From: a bacterium
GTDB lineage: Bacteria; Zhuqueibacterota; Zhuqueibacteria; Zhuqueibacterales; Zhuqueibacteraceae
Assembly (NCBI GenBank): GCA_044869275.1
Contig: JBIOXB010000139.1
Span: 71,890 to 135,889 of the forward strand
DNA: 64,000 nucleotides
Direction: 5' to 3'
Positions 1-10,481 of this stretch are shown here, in pieces. Position 1 is the stretch's first letter. Every line of letters starts with the position of its first letter. The notes under the pieces were generated by a model, which saw only the letters and a program-made list of their open reading frames with translations, searched no databases and was not told the DNA's origin. The position numbers were made by a program, and so were the translations under genes.

Positions 1-1
1 T

Positions 2-1594
2 CATCTGGCACAATCGGACATTTATCGCGTGCCTATGGCGGATCTGCAAGAATTCTTACAGAAGAGCCACGAAACCAATCGCTCCCTGCTCAACCTGTTT
101 CGCAGTTTTGATGACTCCACTTGGGAAAAGCCGGTCTCGCTTGAGGGCCGCGCCACGCTCGCCAAACTATTGTCGGATTACGACAAATATCTCGTCAAAT
201 CGCGCGAGCTGCCCACCTATGCGCTGCTGTATAATTTTTTGAAAGAATCCGGCTATTTACAGGGCTTGATCAACGGCAGCAATCTCGAAGGCGACGCCAA
301 AATTCGCAATCTCGCCAAGTTTTTTTTAACCGTGCAGAATTACGCGCATTTCACCGAGAGTGGCGATCTCGCTTTTTTCGTGAAGCATCTCGATTTGATG
401 CGCGAGTTCGGCGACGACCCCGGCATGGCCGATCCTGACCTCGACGCCGAGGCCGTGCAGGTCATGACGGTGCACAAAGCCAAGGGCCTGGAGTTTCCCA
501 TCGTTTTCGTGGTGGGATTGGTCGATCAAAGATTTCCCACCGTCGCGCGCAGCTCGACGATCGAATTGCCGGAAGGCATCATCAAAGATACTTTGCCCGA
601 AGGCGATTTTCATCTGCAGGAAGAACGGCGGCTGTTTTACGTGGCCATGACGCGCGCCCAAAGCGAGCTTTATCTCACCAGCAGCCGCGATCACGGCGGT
701 GCGCGCTTGCGCAAGGTGAGCCGGTTCGTGAAAGAAGCCATCGATGCCGCGCACACGGACGAGGATTTCATTAAAATCTCGCCGCTGGAAACATTGGCGC
801 GCTTCGATATTCCCGACAAACCGCAGGCGGAGGAGCGCCACGCTCTGCCCGAAGATCAACCGCTCACCCTCGATCCGCACAAGATCGACGACTATCTCAC
901 CTGCCCGCTGAAATATAAATACATTCACGTGCTGCGCGTGCCGCTGCAGCCGCATCATTCCATCATTTACGGCCAGGCGATTCACGCCGCGATCAAGGAA
1001 TATAATCAACGCAAAAAACAGCGCCGGCCTGTGACCAGTGAGGATTTGCTGCGTGTGTTTCAGGCCAAGTGGCGCAATCTCGGCTTTATCAGCCGCGAGC
1101 ACGAGGATTTGCGCTTTGCGCGCGGCCAGGAGATTCTGCAAAAGTTCTTTGAGCAGGCGGAAAAAGAAAAACGCGTTCCGGTTTATGCCGAAGAAGCTTT
1201 TCACTTTCAATTCGACCATCTGACCATCGCCGGCCGCTGGGATCGCGTGGATGAAGAGGGCGGCGAAGTCCATATCACGGATTACAAAGCCTCGGAAGTT
1301 GAAGATCAAAAAAAAGCGAATGAGCGCGCACGCGACAGTTTGCAATTGCGCATCTATGCCTGGGCATACGAGGAACGATTTGGCCGTGCGGTGAATGGCT
1401 GGCGCATGCACTTCCTCGAATCCGGCGTGATCGGCGAAGCCGGGCGCAAGGACGTTTATTTCAACAAAGCGCGCAACGACGTGACGAAAGCCGCCACCGG
1501 CATTCGCCGGCGTGACTACACCCCCACGCCCAGCGCGTTCGTATGCCCCCATTGCGCGTTTCAGGATATTTGTCCGGCGGCGGAGCGTGAATAA
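2..1594 (+). CDS. UvrD/PcrA-type SF1 helicase C-terminal part fused to PD-(D/E)XK nuclease (AddA/AdnB-like), 5'-partial
   Basis: Frame is open from the window start. Helicase motifs V (MTVHKAKGLEF) and VI (EERRLFYVAMTRA); nuclease motifs GRWDRV...TDYK and QLRIYA; Fe-S-staple-like Cys pattern (TCPLKY ... CPHCAFQDICP). Confidence 0.9.
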   Translation, partial: HLAQSDIYRVPMADLQEFLQKSHETNRSLLNLFRSFDDSTWEKPVSLEGRATLAKLLSDYDKYLVKSRELPTYALLYNFLKESGYLQGLINGSNLEGDAKIRNLAKFFLTVQNYAHFTESGDLAFFVKHLDLMREFGDDPGMADPDLDAEAVQVMTVHKAKGLEFPIVFVVGLVDQRFPTVARSSTIELPEGIIKDTLPEGDFHLQEERRLFYVAMTRAQSELYLTSSRDHGGARLRKVSRFVKEAIDAAHTDEDFIKISPLETLARFDIPDKPQAEERHALPEDQPLTLDPHKIDDYLTCPLKYKYIHVLRVPLQPHHSIIYGQAIHAAIKEYNQRKKQRRPVTSEDLLRVFQAKWRNLGFISREHEDLRFARGQEILQKFFEQAEKEKRVPVYAEEAFHFQFDHLTIAGRWDRVDEEGGEVHITDYKASEVEDQKKANERARDSLQLRIYAWAYEERFGRAVNGWRMHFLESGVIGEAGRKDVYFNKARNDVTKAATGIRRRDYTPTPSAFVCPHCAFQDICPAAERE

Positions 1595-1794
1595 AAAAGA
1601 AAAAGGCAAAGAGCAAAAAGAATGTTCAAATCTCGTTACGGCGGCCACCGTCGTAACCCAGAGAAGACGCTCTGCGTCGCACCGCGCAAAGAACGTTTGC
1701 GAAAACAGTTTGCCAAACTGAGTTGCCTAAATTTGACGGCGAAAAAACCACCAGCATTGATTCTACTCGCCTCAACTTTTTTAAGATTAAGAAT

Positions 1795-1887
1795 AAAGCT
1801 TTTGATCAAAGAAATCAGTGTGAATCCGTGTCATCCGCGTTATCCGAGTTCTAAAAGGGGCTAATGAACAGCCTGTAAAAAATCGCC
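1795..1887. repeat. Right part of MITE/REP-like element with 9-bp ATCCGCGTY units (family also at 42.2 kb and 59.5 kb)
   Basis: AAATCAGTGTGAATCCG...TTATCCGnGTTCTAAA recurs near 42271 and 59664. Confidence 0.75.
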
Positions 1888-1902
1888 GACGTCTCGGGAC
1901 TC

Positions 1903-3126
1903 ATGACTGACACCAAAAAGGATGTACGCTTGGCTTTCTCAATACTACATTTCTCCGACTTGCACCTCGATGCCAACTTCGCGAGCAGTTATCTGCCCAC
2001 GAAAGTGGCACGGCAGTGCCGGGAGCAATTGCGGCAGACGTTGCGGCACATTTTAGAGCTGGCAAAGACGCGCAAAGCCGATGCCGTGACCATTGCCGGC
2101 GATTTGTTCGAGCGCGAGCGTTTGTCGCATGATACCGCGGCTTTTTTGTATGAAGAGTTCGACAAGCTCTCTCCGATTCCGGTGTTCATCGCGCCGGGCA
2201 ATCATGACGCCGCCGACGCGGTGTCGTTGTATCAGCGCGGCCGCTGGCCGGAGAACGTCAACATCGCCATCAAACCGAGCTTGACGGAGTGGCGATTATC
2301 GAAGGATTTTTCGTTGTGGTCGGCGGCGCATTTGTCGCCCAGCGACCGCCAGAATTTTCTCGAGAGCTTTCGCGTGCCGGAGCCGGCGGCGGGCGCGCTC
2401 AAGCCGTTTCCCATGCTATTGCTGCATGCGAGTGTCATGGCCTCGCGCACGACGGATTTGCGCGCACACGCGCCACTGACGCTCGACGACGTGCGCGCCG
2501 CCGGATTCACGCTGGCATTGTTGGGGCATTATCACACCAGCCGCGTGCTGCGCAGTGAGAAACTCGTCGCCGTGTATCCCGGCAGCCCGGAGCCCTTGGG
2601 ATTTCAGAATGAAGGCGGGCATGATGTTGCCTGGATTCAACTCACGCCCGGCGAGGCGCCCAGCGTGGAATTGTATCCGATCGCGACGCTAAATTTTGAG
2701 AACCTCGCCATCGCGATTGACGATTGCCAGCATCGCGAACAGCTGCTCGACAAGATTCTGCAGATCACGCAAGAAAAAAAGCTCGCGCATAGCATCTTGC
2801 GCCTGCAGCTCACCGGACAAGCCGCAGCCAGTTTGCAGCTCGACCTCGATCTCCTCACCACGCGCCTCGAAAAAGAATTTGCCTATTTGCGCTTGGAAGA
2901 TCTCACCCGGCCGGCGTGGGATTGGGAAAAGCTCGTCGAGGAACCCACGGCCCGCGGCGAATTCGTGCGCGACATGAGGAGCTTGAGCGAGCGCGAGCCG
3001 GCGCGCCAGGAGTTTTATCGTGAAGCCCTGCACTATGGCCTGCAAGCATTCGAACATGAAGACATTAGACTGCAATCCTTTGCAGACTCCAATGGCAAGA
3101 ATGATGAAAAAAACCAAAGTCGATGA
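1903..3126 (+). CDS. Mre11/SbcD-like DNA repair exonuclease (YhaO type)
   Basis: Metallophosphoesterase motifs SDLHLD, AGDLFE, PGNHD, LGHYH, YPGSPE; next to a Rad50-like ATPase. Confidence 0.9.
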   Translation: MTDTKKDVRLAFSILHFSDLHLDANFASSYLPTKVARQCREQLRQTLRHILELAKTRKADAVTIAGDLFERERLSHDTAAFLYEEFDKLSPIPVFIAPGNHDAADAVSLYQRGRWPENVNIAIKPSLTEWRLSKDFSLWSAAHLSPSDRQNFLESFRVPEPAAGALKPFPMLLLHASVMASRTTDLRAHAPLTLDDVRAAGFTLALLGHYHTSRVLRSEKLVAVYPGSPEPLGFQNEGGHDVAWIQLTPGEAPSVELYPIATLNFENLAIAIDDCQHREQLLDKILQITQEKKLAHSILRLQLTGQAAASLQLDLDLLTTRLEKEFAYLRLEDLTRPAWDWEKLVEEPTARGEFVRDMRSLSEREPARQEFYREALHYGLQAFEHEDIRLQSFADSNGKNDEKNQSR

Positions 3127-3141
3127 ACGGGCGTTGATGAC

Positions 3142-5925
3142 ATGAAATTGCTCGAGCTCAATCTCCAAGCCTTCGGGCGATTGTCGAACCGCAGCTTCAC
3201 GTTTCATCCCCAGCTCAACGTCATCACCGGGCCGAATGAAGCGGGAAAATCGACTCTGCAGCACGCGATTCTGGCCTTGCTGTACGGCTTTTATAACCAT
3301 GCGCGTGCGTTGCAGCGCGAACAGGAAATGCACGACCGCTTCCGGCCCTGGGGCTCGGAGAAATATGCCGGCAGTCTGAAATATCGCCTCGACGACGGCA
3401 CGGCCTTGATCGTCCATCGCGATTTCGCGCATGACGACATTTCCACGCAATTGCTCGATGCCGTCACCGGCGAAGATTTGACCCAACGCTACGCGCGTGG
3501 ACGGCACGGCAAAAGTGATTTCATCGAAAGGCAGCTCGGCATGTCGCGCGCCGTGTTTTTGAATACCGCCTTCGTGCAGCAAGGCGAACTGCGCAGCTTC
3601 AAACAACGCGACGCGGCGGGCATTTCCGATGCCATTTTGACTTTGCTGGATTCCGCCGGCACCGAAACCTCCGCCGAGCAAGCGCTCGAGCGCCTGGATA
3701 AGACCTTGCGTGAGCTGTTCAGCGAACGCTCCCCCAAAACCGTGCTCTCGCAGGCGCGCCAGCGCCTCGAAGATTTGCACGAGAAACGCGCGCTGCGCCA
3801 AGCCACGCAACGCGCGGTGCAGCAAGAAATCGAAAAAGCCGAAACGCTCTCCCTGGAAATCGACGAGCTCAAATCGCACGTTGAAGCGCTGGCGCGGCAA
3901 CTGTTGGAAACGCAGCTTGAATTGCTGCGCGCACGCTTGCGCCGCTGGCAGGAAAGCGAGAGCCGCCGGCAAAAATTGGAGGCCGAGACCGCGGAGCTGG
4001 CACACCTCGCGAATTTTCCGGTGGAGCTCAAAGAGCAGTTTTTTCAGTTGCGCGACGAATTTCTGCATCTGGAAAAATTACATCTGGTGCTGGCGGACGA
4101 GCGCAACAGCATCGAGCTGCGCTTGATGGGCCTGCAGGAAAAGAGCGGCAGCGCACCGGTGCCCGTCCGGCTCTGGCAGAATTCTTCCTTCGAAGATTTT
4201 CTCGCGTTGCGGCAGCGCTGGCAAACAGCATTTGAAGAAGTCATCGGCAGCGAGAGCGCGTGCCATGCCGCGGACGATCAACTCAAGAGCGCCGGTATCG
4301 GCGAACCCGAGCGCGCCTTGTTCGCCTCCTTGGATGCGCCGCGGCTGGAACATTTGCGCGAGTTTGAGGCGGCGCTCAACGAAGCCGAAGCGGAAGTCAA
4401 CGGCATCCGCGCTGAATTTGAGGCGCATGGACGCGAGTTGCCGCACCGCCGCCGCGTGCTCGGCTTCGTCTCCGGCATCGCGCTCTTCACCATGATTACT
4501 TCGCTGATCCATATCGGCATGAGCCCGGAGGGCACCTCCCATTTTGGCGACGCCATGCTGGTGTTTTTGAGTTTTGCGATTTTACTAGGCTGCCTCGCCG
4601 TTGAGGTGCGCGGCCAGGCCTCCGGCAAGGAATTGCGCCGCGAATTGGTGGATTCCGAAAATAAATTCATGGAAGAGCGGCGCCGGCTGCGCGACGTCTT
4701 GTTGCAATATCGTGCGGACTCCTTGAACGAGCTGATGCAGCGCCGCATGCAATATCTCGAGCTGAACGCGGCAGTGGAAAAGCACCGACAGCTCAGGGCG
4801 GAGATGGAAAAAATCGAAAAAGGCTTGCAGCCCTGGATGGCGGAATTGGGCATCGGTCACATTGCGATGGAAACCGTGACGGAAGCCGAGAAACGGCTGC
4901 GGGAAAGCCATCAACTGTATGCTGCCAACCAATCTCTGCATCAACGCCTGCAGGAAATCCAACGGCAGCAGCAAGACCTGCAAAAGAACCGGCAAAGCTA
5001 CGTGCAGCAGCTCGAAGCGATTTTGCAAAGCGCCGGCATCGACGAGCCCGCGGGAGAAAAAGCATTTCAAGCATTTTTAGCGGGCTGCCAGAAGCGCGAA
5101 TATCTCGATACCGTGCGCATGCAAAAGCAGCAAGCGGAAACGCTCAGCACGGAGATCCTGGAAAACGAACGGGTGGAGGCTTTGTCCGCACAAATCAAAC
5201 AGCTGGAAAGTGAATGGTCCGCCCTGCCTCCGCGCGTGAGCGGAGCCGCCAGCTCAAAGCGTGAGGTTTCCGAAAGCGCCATTGCCGCGCTGCGCACCAC
5301 GCGTGAAAATGTGCAACGTGAGATTCACCAGCATCAGCAGGCGCTGTCGGTTTTGCAGGAGCGCATCGCCGCGCGCTTGCAAGGCCTGCCACCGCTCGCC
5401 GAAATCGAGGAAGAAATCGCCCGGGAAGAGGCGCGCATCGCGCGGTATGAAACCGCCAAGCAGGCTTTGGAGCTGGCGCGCGAGCGCATCGCGCAAGCGG
5501 CACAACGCCTGCATCGCGATTTCGTGCCGCGCTTGAAGGAATTTACCGCCAGCCATCTGGGAAAGCTCACCGCCGGAAAGTATACCGGCTTGTTGATCGA
5601 TCCCGCGACGTTTGCCATGCGCGTGGAACGTGGCCAGCACGCGGCGCCGGTGGATTTGGAAAAGCTGAGCCACGGCACACGCGAACAGGTTTATCTCTTG
5701 TTGCGTGCCGCCGTCGCCGATCTGTTTGCGCACAATGCCGAAGCCGCTCCCCTGTTTTGGGACGATCCCCTGGTGCATGCCGATGCCGAACGCCAGCGCC
5801 AGGCGCTGGAGATTTGCCCTTTGCTGGTGGAGAAACAACAACTTTTTTATTTCACCAAAGATCAAGAAATCGTGGAATATTTTCGCGAGCGTTACGGTTC
5901 GGAGGCAATCATTCGGCTGGCGTAG
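3142..5925 (+). CDS. Rad50/SbcC-like coiled-coil ATPase with central TM pair (YhaN type)
   Basis: Walker A GPNEAGKST, Q-loop FVQQG, long coiled coils, two hydrophobic helices mid-protein, signature LSHGTREQ, Walker B FWDDPLVHAD. Confidence 0.88.
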   Translation: MKLLELNLQAFGRLSNRSFTFHPQLNVITGPNEAGKSTLQHAILALLYGFYNHARALQREQEMHDRFRPWGSEKYAGSLKYRLDDGTALIVHRDFAHDDISTQLLDAVTGEDLTQRYARGRHGKSDFIERQLGMSRAVFLNTAFVQQGELRSFKQRDAAGISDAILTLLDSAGTETSAEQALERLDKTLRELFSERSPKTVLSQARQRLEDLHEKRALRQATQRAVQQEIEKAETLSLEIDELKSHVEALARQLLETQLELLRARLRRWQESESRRQKLEAETAELAHLANFPVELKEQFFQLRDEFLHLEKLHLVLADERNSIELRLMGLQEKSGSAPVPVRLWQNSSFEDFLALRQRWQTAFEEVIGSESACHAADDQLKSAGIGEPERALFASLDAPRLEHLREFEAALNEAEAEVNGIRAEFEAHGRELPHRRRVLGFVSGIALFTMITSLIHIGMSPEGTSHFGDAMLVFLSFAILLGCLAVEVRGQASGKELRRELVDSENKFMEERRRLRDVLLQYRADSLNELMQRRMQYLELNAAVEKHRQLRAEMEKIEKGLQPWMAELGIGHIAMETVTEAEKRLRESHQLYAANQSLHQRLQEIQRQQQDLQKNRQSYVQQLEAILQSAGIDEPAGEKAFQAFLAGCQKREYLDTVRMQKQQAETLSTEILENERVEALSAQIKQLESEWSALPPRVSGAASSKREVSESAIAALRTTRENVQREIHQHQQALSVLQERIAARLQGLPPLAEIEEEIAREEARIARYETAKQALELARERIAQAAQRLHRDFVPRLKEFTASHLGKLTAGKYTGLLIDPATFAMRVERGQHAAPVDLEKLSHGTREQVYLLLRAAVADLFAHNAEAAPLFWDDPLVHADAERQRQALEICPLLVEKQQLFYFTKDQEIVEYFRERYGSEAIIRLA

Positions 5926-5982
5926 AGATTGATTGCAACTTCTATTGCGCTTTATGCGTAACTTTCATCGCTCTATCATATT

Positions 5983-6067
5983 CAGACTGTGAGAAAACGC
6001 CTGGTTTCACCGCAGGCCGAGCTTGCCGAAGGCTGAGCTTGCCGCTGGCTGAGCTTGCCGAAGCCTG
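5983..6067 (+). repeat. Truncated copy of CAGACTGTG-ended MITE with three 16-bp units
   Basis: Matches the left half of the 29985-30214 element. Confidence 0.75.
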
Positions 6068-6121
6068 ACGACCAATAAGCTGCTGCATTGAAATACCATT
6101 ACTTCCTTAAACAAGCACCAT

Positions 6122-7345
6122 ATGCGCTCTTATTTTCCTCATGCCGTTGTTTTGGTTTCGATCTTGGTGATCTCTTCGTTTTGCCGCTATCTTCTCCAGA
6201 AATACAATTCCCGTTGGTGGCAAAAGGCTTTCATCCGGCGTCTGGCCTGGCTGGGGCCGGCGGCGGGCGGGCTCGGCATCCTGTGCTGGGCGCTCGGCAC
6301 GAGCACGCAGAGCTATGTCTTGATCACGTTCGGCGCGATGCTTGCCGTCATCATCGTAATCGCGTCGTTGTCGAGCCTGGTCGCATTGCCGTTCGCGAGC
6401 TTGATGAATTTTCTCGCGCACCGAAACAGCGCTGCACCGGTGGCTGCTCTCGCCTCTGTGCCTGCGAATTTCGACGCCGAACGCCGGCGTTTTTTACAGG
6501 CCACGGCCGCGGCTTTGCCGGTGCTTTCCATTTCCGGTGGTATGGCCGGACTGACGAAATCTTTTGAAGAAATTCGCACACCGGTTTTGCGCCTGCGCTT
6601 TCCGGATCTGCCCGTTGATTTGGCGGGGCTGAAAATCCTCCATCTTTCCGATTTGCATCTCGGCTATTATCGCGGTCTGCCGGAGATGGAAAAGCTTTTC
6701 CTTCGCCTGGAAAATGCCAGCGCCGACCTGGTACTGGTCACCGGCGATGTTGCCGATGACTTGCACTTGCTGCCGGACATTCTGTGCATGATCGAGGCTT
6801 TGCATCCTCCGCTGGGCGTTTGGGCTGCGCTGGGCAATCACGAATACTTCCGCGGCATCCAGCGCGTGCGCCGGTATTTTGAGAAGAGCCCGGTGCCACT
6901 GCTGTGCGAAAGTGGCCAGACACTTGCGCGCGGCGCAGCCACGATTTTTGTCGCTGGCGCTGACGACCCGCGTGCACAGCGCGATTTGAATCCGGAAGAC
7001 TTCCTGCTGCGATCGGTGGATGCGGCTGTGCGCGAGGCCCCCGGCCGTGCTTTCAACATTCTAATGACGCATCGGCCTGGCGGTTTCGATCGCGCCGCTG
7101 AGTTGGGTGTCGATCTGACGCTCGCCGGACACACGCATGGCATGCAAATCGGTTACCGCGGCCGCAGCATGTTTGAAACTTGGGCGCCGGAAAAATACTT
7201 GTGGGGACATTATCGCAAAGGCAACAGCCATCTCTACACTTCCTCCGGCGTCGGCCATTGGTTCCCTTTCCGTCTGGGATGCCCGCCGGAAGCGCCGCTC
7301 ATTATTCTGGAGAGCGCAGACCCACCAAAGCCTCAAACGGCTTAA
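6122..7345 (+). CDS. Membrane-anchored metallophosphoesterase (YkuE-like)
   Basis: N-terminal TM helices, RRRFL segment, SDLHLG, TGDVAD, LGNHE, AGHTHG. Confidence 0.88.
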   Translation: MRSYFPHAVVLVSILVISSFCRYLLQKYNSRWWQKAFIRRLAWLGPAAGGLGILCWALGTSTQSYVLITFGAMLAVIIVIASLSSLVALPFASLMNFLAHRNSAAPVAALASVPANFDAERRRFLQATAAALPVLSISGGMAGLTKSFEEIRTPVLRLRFPDLPVDLAGLKILHLSDLHLGYYRGLPEMEKLFLRLENASADLVLVTGDVADDLHLLPDILCMIEALHPPLGVWAALGNHEYFRGIQRVRRYFEKSPVPLLCESGQTLARGAATIFVAGADDPRAQRDLNPEDFLLRSVDAAVREAPGRAFNILMTHRPGGFDRAAELGVDLTLAGHTHGMQIGYRGRSMFETWAPEKYLWGHYRKGNSHLYTSSGVGHWFPFRLGCPPEAPLIILESADPPKPQTA

Positions 7346-7529
7346 CTCGACCCTGCCATAGTCAAAAAGAACCGCCGCGTCGCCGGGCTCGCAGAGTGTG
7401 GTTGCTTTGCATTCTCAGCGCATTCTGCGACGCAGCGGTGAATCTGACAAAGTCGAACGATTGATAACCAATTCTCTTAAATCTGTGCACTGATAGCTTG
7501 ACTCATCGCGATTCTCTTTTTGGATTTCT

Positions 7530-8951
7530 ATGGCCAATCCTCCCAACAGAACTTTTGATCGTTCCCTCACCGAAGGCCCGATTTTGCAGGCAGTCTGGAA
7601 GCTCGCCTGGCCGACGATGTTGCAAAATATCATCGCCGGCTTGCAGGGTATCATTGATCATACCATGGTCGGCCATCTCGTGGGTTACGCCGCCAATGCC
7701 GCCATCGGCGTGAGCTGGCAGATTTTTCTCGTCGTCCTGGTTTTCATCAGCTCCCTGTATGCCGGCATGGGCGCGATGGTGGCGCGCTTTGCGGGCGCGG
7801 GCGAGCTGGAAAAAGTCAACCGCGTGGTGTATCAGGCGTTTCTCACTTCGATCTTTTTAGCGCTGGGGGTTTTCGCCCCGCTGGGCTATTTTTTCTCGCC
7901 GCACTTGCTGGAGCTCGTGCACGCCACGCCCGAAGTGAAAGCCGGGGCTTTGCCTTATTTGCGTACGATGTTCGGCTTCAGTTTCGGCATGTTGATTTTC
8001 TTTTTGCTCGGCGGCGCATTGCGCGCGGCCGGCGATGCCCGCACGCCGCTGCGCCTGGGCATTCTCATGACCGTGCTCAATTTGATCTTGAATATTATTT
8101 TGATTCGTGGCCTCGGCCCAATCCCCGCACTGGGCACCTACGGCGCGGCGTTGGGAACAGTGATCGCCAGCGGCATCGTTGCGGTGCTGGGCATCGGTTT
8201 GCTGTTTTCACCGCGTTCGGCCGTGCACTTTCCCAAGAACATGAGTTGGAAGCCGGACTGGGATATCATTCGCTCGCTCTTCCGTTTCGGATTACCGGCC
8301 GGGTTTCAAGGCATTGCGATGAACGTCGCTGGCGTGTTGTTGCTGCGTTACATCGGCTCCTTGCCAAACAGCGCGGCCGCACAGGCCGCATACGCCGTGG
8401 GTTACACGGAATTGTTTTCGCTGATCACGTGGACCTCGGTGGGCTTGATGGGCGCGACCGCGGCCCTGGCGGGACAAAATTTAGGCGCGGGCAAACCCGA
8501 GCGCTGCAAACAAGTCGTCCATACCGCCTCCATAATTGGCTTGGGCGTGGCCATTGCGATTGGTCTGCTTTTTCAGCTCATCCCCAGAAGTTTGCTCGGC
8601 CTTTTCGGAATGGCAGAGGGGCCCGTGGTCGATATCGGCGTGCAACTGCTGCGTTATCTGAGCGTTTCGGGACTGTTTATCAGCTGCGCGTTGGTCTATA
8701 CCGGCGGCTTGCAGGGCACAGGCGACACGCGCAGCCCGCTGTATATTTCTTTGATTTCGCAGATCGCGATTTCGCTCGGCTACTGCGCCTTGCAACAATC
8801 ACAAGGCAGCTTGCAACCCTCTGACATCTGGTTGGCTATCGTCATGGGCCACGCCGCGCGTTGTCTGCTTTCGATGTGGAAATTCCGGCAGGGGAAATGG
8901 CAGGAGATCAGAATGGAAATTCGCAGTGCCGAAAAACTCGCTGTGGAGTGA
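7530..8951 (+). CDS. MATE family efflux transporter
   Basis: LTEGPI start, about 12 hydrophobic segments, LRAAGDARTPL and LQGTGDTRSPL internal repeats. Confidence 0.92.
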   Translation: MANPPNRTFDRSLTEGPILQAVWKLAWPTMLQNIIAGLQGIIDHTMVGHLVGYAANAAIGVSWQIFLVVLVFISSLYAGMGAMVARFAGAGELEKVNRVVYQAFLTSIFLALGVFAPLGYFFSPHLLELVHATPEVKAGALPYLRTMFGFSFGMLIFFLLGGALRAAGDARTPLRLGILMTVLNLILNIILIRGLGPIPALGTYGAALGTVIASGIVAVLGIGLLFSPRSAVHFPKNMSWKPDWDIIRSLFRFGLPAGFQGIAMNVAGVLLLRYIGSLPNSAAAQAAYAVGYTELFSLITWTSVGLMGATAALAGQNLGAGKPERCKQVVHTASIIGLGVAIAIGLLFQLIPRSLLGLFGMAEGPVVDIGVQLLRYLSVSGLFISCALVYTGGLQGTGDTRSPLYISLISQIAISLGYCALQQSQGSLQPSDIWLAIVMGHAARCLLSMWKFRQGKWQEIRMEIRSAEKLAVE

Positions 8952-9087
8952 GGCGGGCTGGGGCGAGAGCTGAGTGAAGGGGCGATAGTATTAGGTGCTC
9001 TCATAGATCTCCTCGGCTCCATTTCCAACAACTGCCATTTTTAGTTTTCCGTGCTACCTCGAACGAGAACCTCGGTTACGAAACAAT

Positions 9088-9940
9088 TCATTGATTTAAT
9101 ACCATCACCGCTTTCGTTTGGGTTTGGCCGTGGGCTTGCACGCAAACGACATACATGCCACTAGATCTGCCTCCGGTGCGATCAAAGCCATCCCACTCTA
9201 GGGCATTCCGGCCTTGGGGCATCTTCTGATTCTCACACAAAGTCTTAACCAGACGCCCCGCGGGGTTGTAAACTTTCACCGCCACCGCCGCGGGCTGGCC
9301 TAGCTCGAAGGAGATCGTCACCGTTCGTGCCAAACAGCATATTGCCTTCATCATCCTGCACGATGCACTTCACGCGGTAAGGAGTGAGATACTTGCTTGG
9401 GAGCGGCCCGCAGGTGGTATCCGGCACCCAGGAAGAATTCATCCATTTGAAGTAACCGGCGGGCGTAAACTTGAACCACTGGCCGGAAGAGTCCCTCCTG
9501 CCGATGTCGGCGCTGGACATGGCGCCACACCAGAGATTGCCTTGCACATCGAGATAAAGCGAAAGCATGCGATTTTCCGCGAGTCCAGCGCCTCGCTTGA
9601 AATGCTGCCAGGTTCGGTCTTTGATATGGAAGCGAAATAGGCCGTCAATGGTGCCCACCCAAAGCACATCAGATTTGTAATCCAGCGCCAGCGCGGTCAC
9701 TTCTGCAACGACCGCGCCCTGCGAGGTCATGGGCACGAAGCTTTCGAATGTGCTGCCGTCAAAACGATACACACCGTTGAAGCCAGTTCCAAACCAAATG
9801 GTTTTGGCTCTGTCACTATAAACTATAGGATTGACGTTATTGAAAGGCAGAAAGTGCGTCCATCGTTGTGCGGCCGCCGGCCCGCAGGCACCAAGCGCTA
9901 TCAGAGCGGTAATCGAAGATAGTACTTTGATGCTCTTCAT
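9088..9940 (-). pseudogene. Collapsed secreted protein: signal peptide plus Reg_prop-type beta-propeller blades joined out of frame to a FlgD-Ig C-terminal tail
   Basis: ORF 9245-9940 has a signal peptide and WFGT/LWVGT/LWCG/LFGT blades. From about 9325 another frame reads TVTISFEL...VKVYNPAGRLVKTL...WDGFD...SGMYVV to the stop at 9088. Confidence 0.7.
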
Positions 9941-10410
9941 GGCTCATTGATTCCCTGCGGATCAATCCTAAACTTAAATTGCCCGGGGCCGGGAGCTCCT
10001 CGCGGATCACGAGGAAATCGACATTCTCGCATTTCCAAACTCGCCGGGTCAAAGCCCATCCGGTCCATGCTTACCGTCGTCCCATTGGAGACGTGTGGTT
10101 CCGCGAGGGCCGTGAACGTTGCTGCCGGACTGTCGCAGAATCTGACCTCATTCGATGAAATATAAAACCATGGTGAGAACGGATTAACCGAGGCATTGCA
10201 TAACTTCAGGTCAATCGTCAGCGTATCCGGATTATCTGCGGCTTTGGCCAGCAGATTGCACGCTGTAACGCAAACGCGGTAATTGGTTAAGACGCTAACG
10301 GGAATGAAGATCTGACCGTTGACGTTGCCGATGTGATTGCCGAAAGCTTCAGCTATCAAACCTGCGCGTTGCACACCCTCGATTTTCCCGAGAAATACTA
10401 CACACTCCAT
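9937..10410 (-). CDS. Hypothetical Cys-containing beta-rich protein, possibly a 5'-truncated fragment of a secreted protein
   Basis: Stop overlaps the start of the next gene (ATGA coupling); no clear signal peptide or RBS, so the start is uncertain. Confidence 0.4.
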   Translation of the reverse strand: MECVVFLGKIEGVQRAGLIAEAFGNHIGNVNGQIFIPVSVLTNYRVCVTACNLLAKAADNPDTLTIDLKLCNASVNPFSPWFYISSNEVRFCDSPAATFTALAEPHVSNGTTVSMDRMGFDPASLEMRECRFPRDPRGAPGPGQFKFRIDPQGINEP

Positions 10411-10481
10411 CGCAAAAAGCGTATCGAGCTTGAATTCGATGGAAATTTCCACGACTTTTTTACGTGCACGGCCAGGAAGAT

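Noticed and set aside
860..1594. Cas4 gene
   Set aside because: The Fe-S PD-(D/E)XK domain is fused to a UvrD helicase in a DNA repair context.
9300..9345. Programmed frameshift joining propeller and FlgD tail
   Set aside because: No slippery heptamer is seen and both domains are incomplete at the junction, which fits a deletion better.
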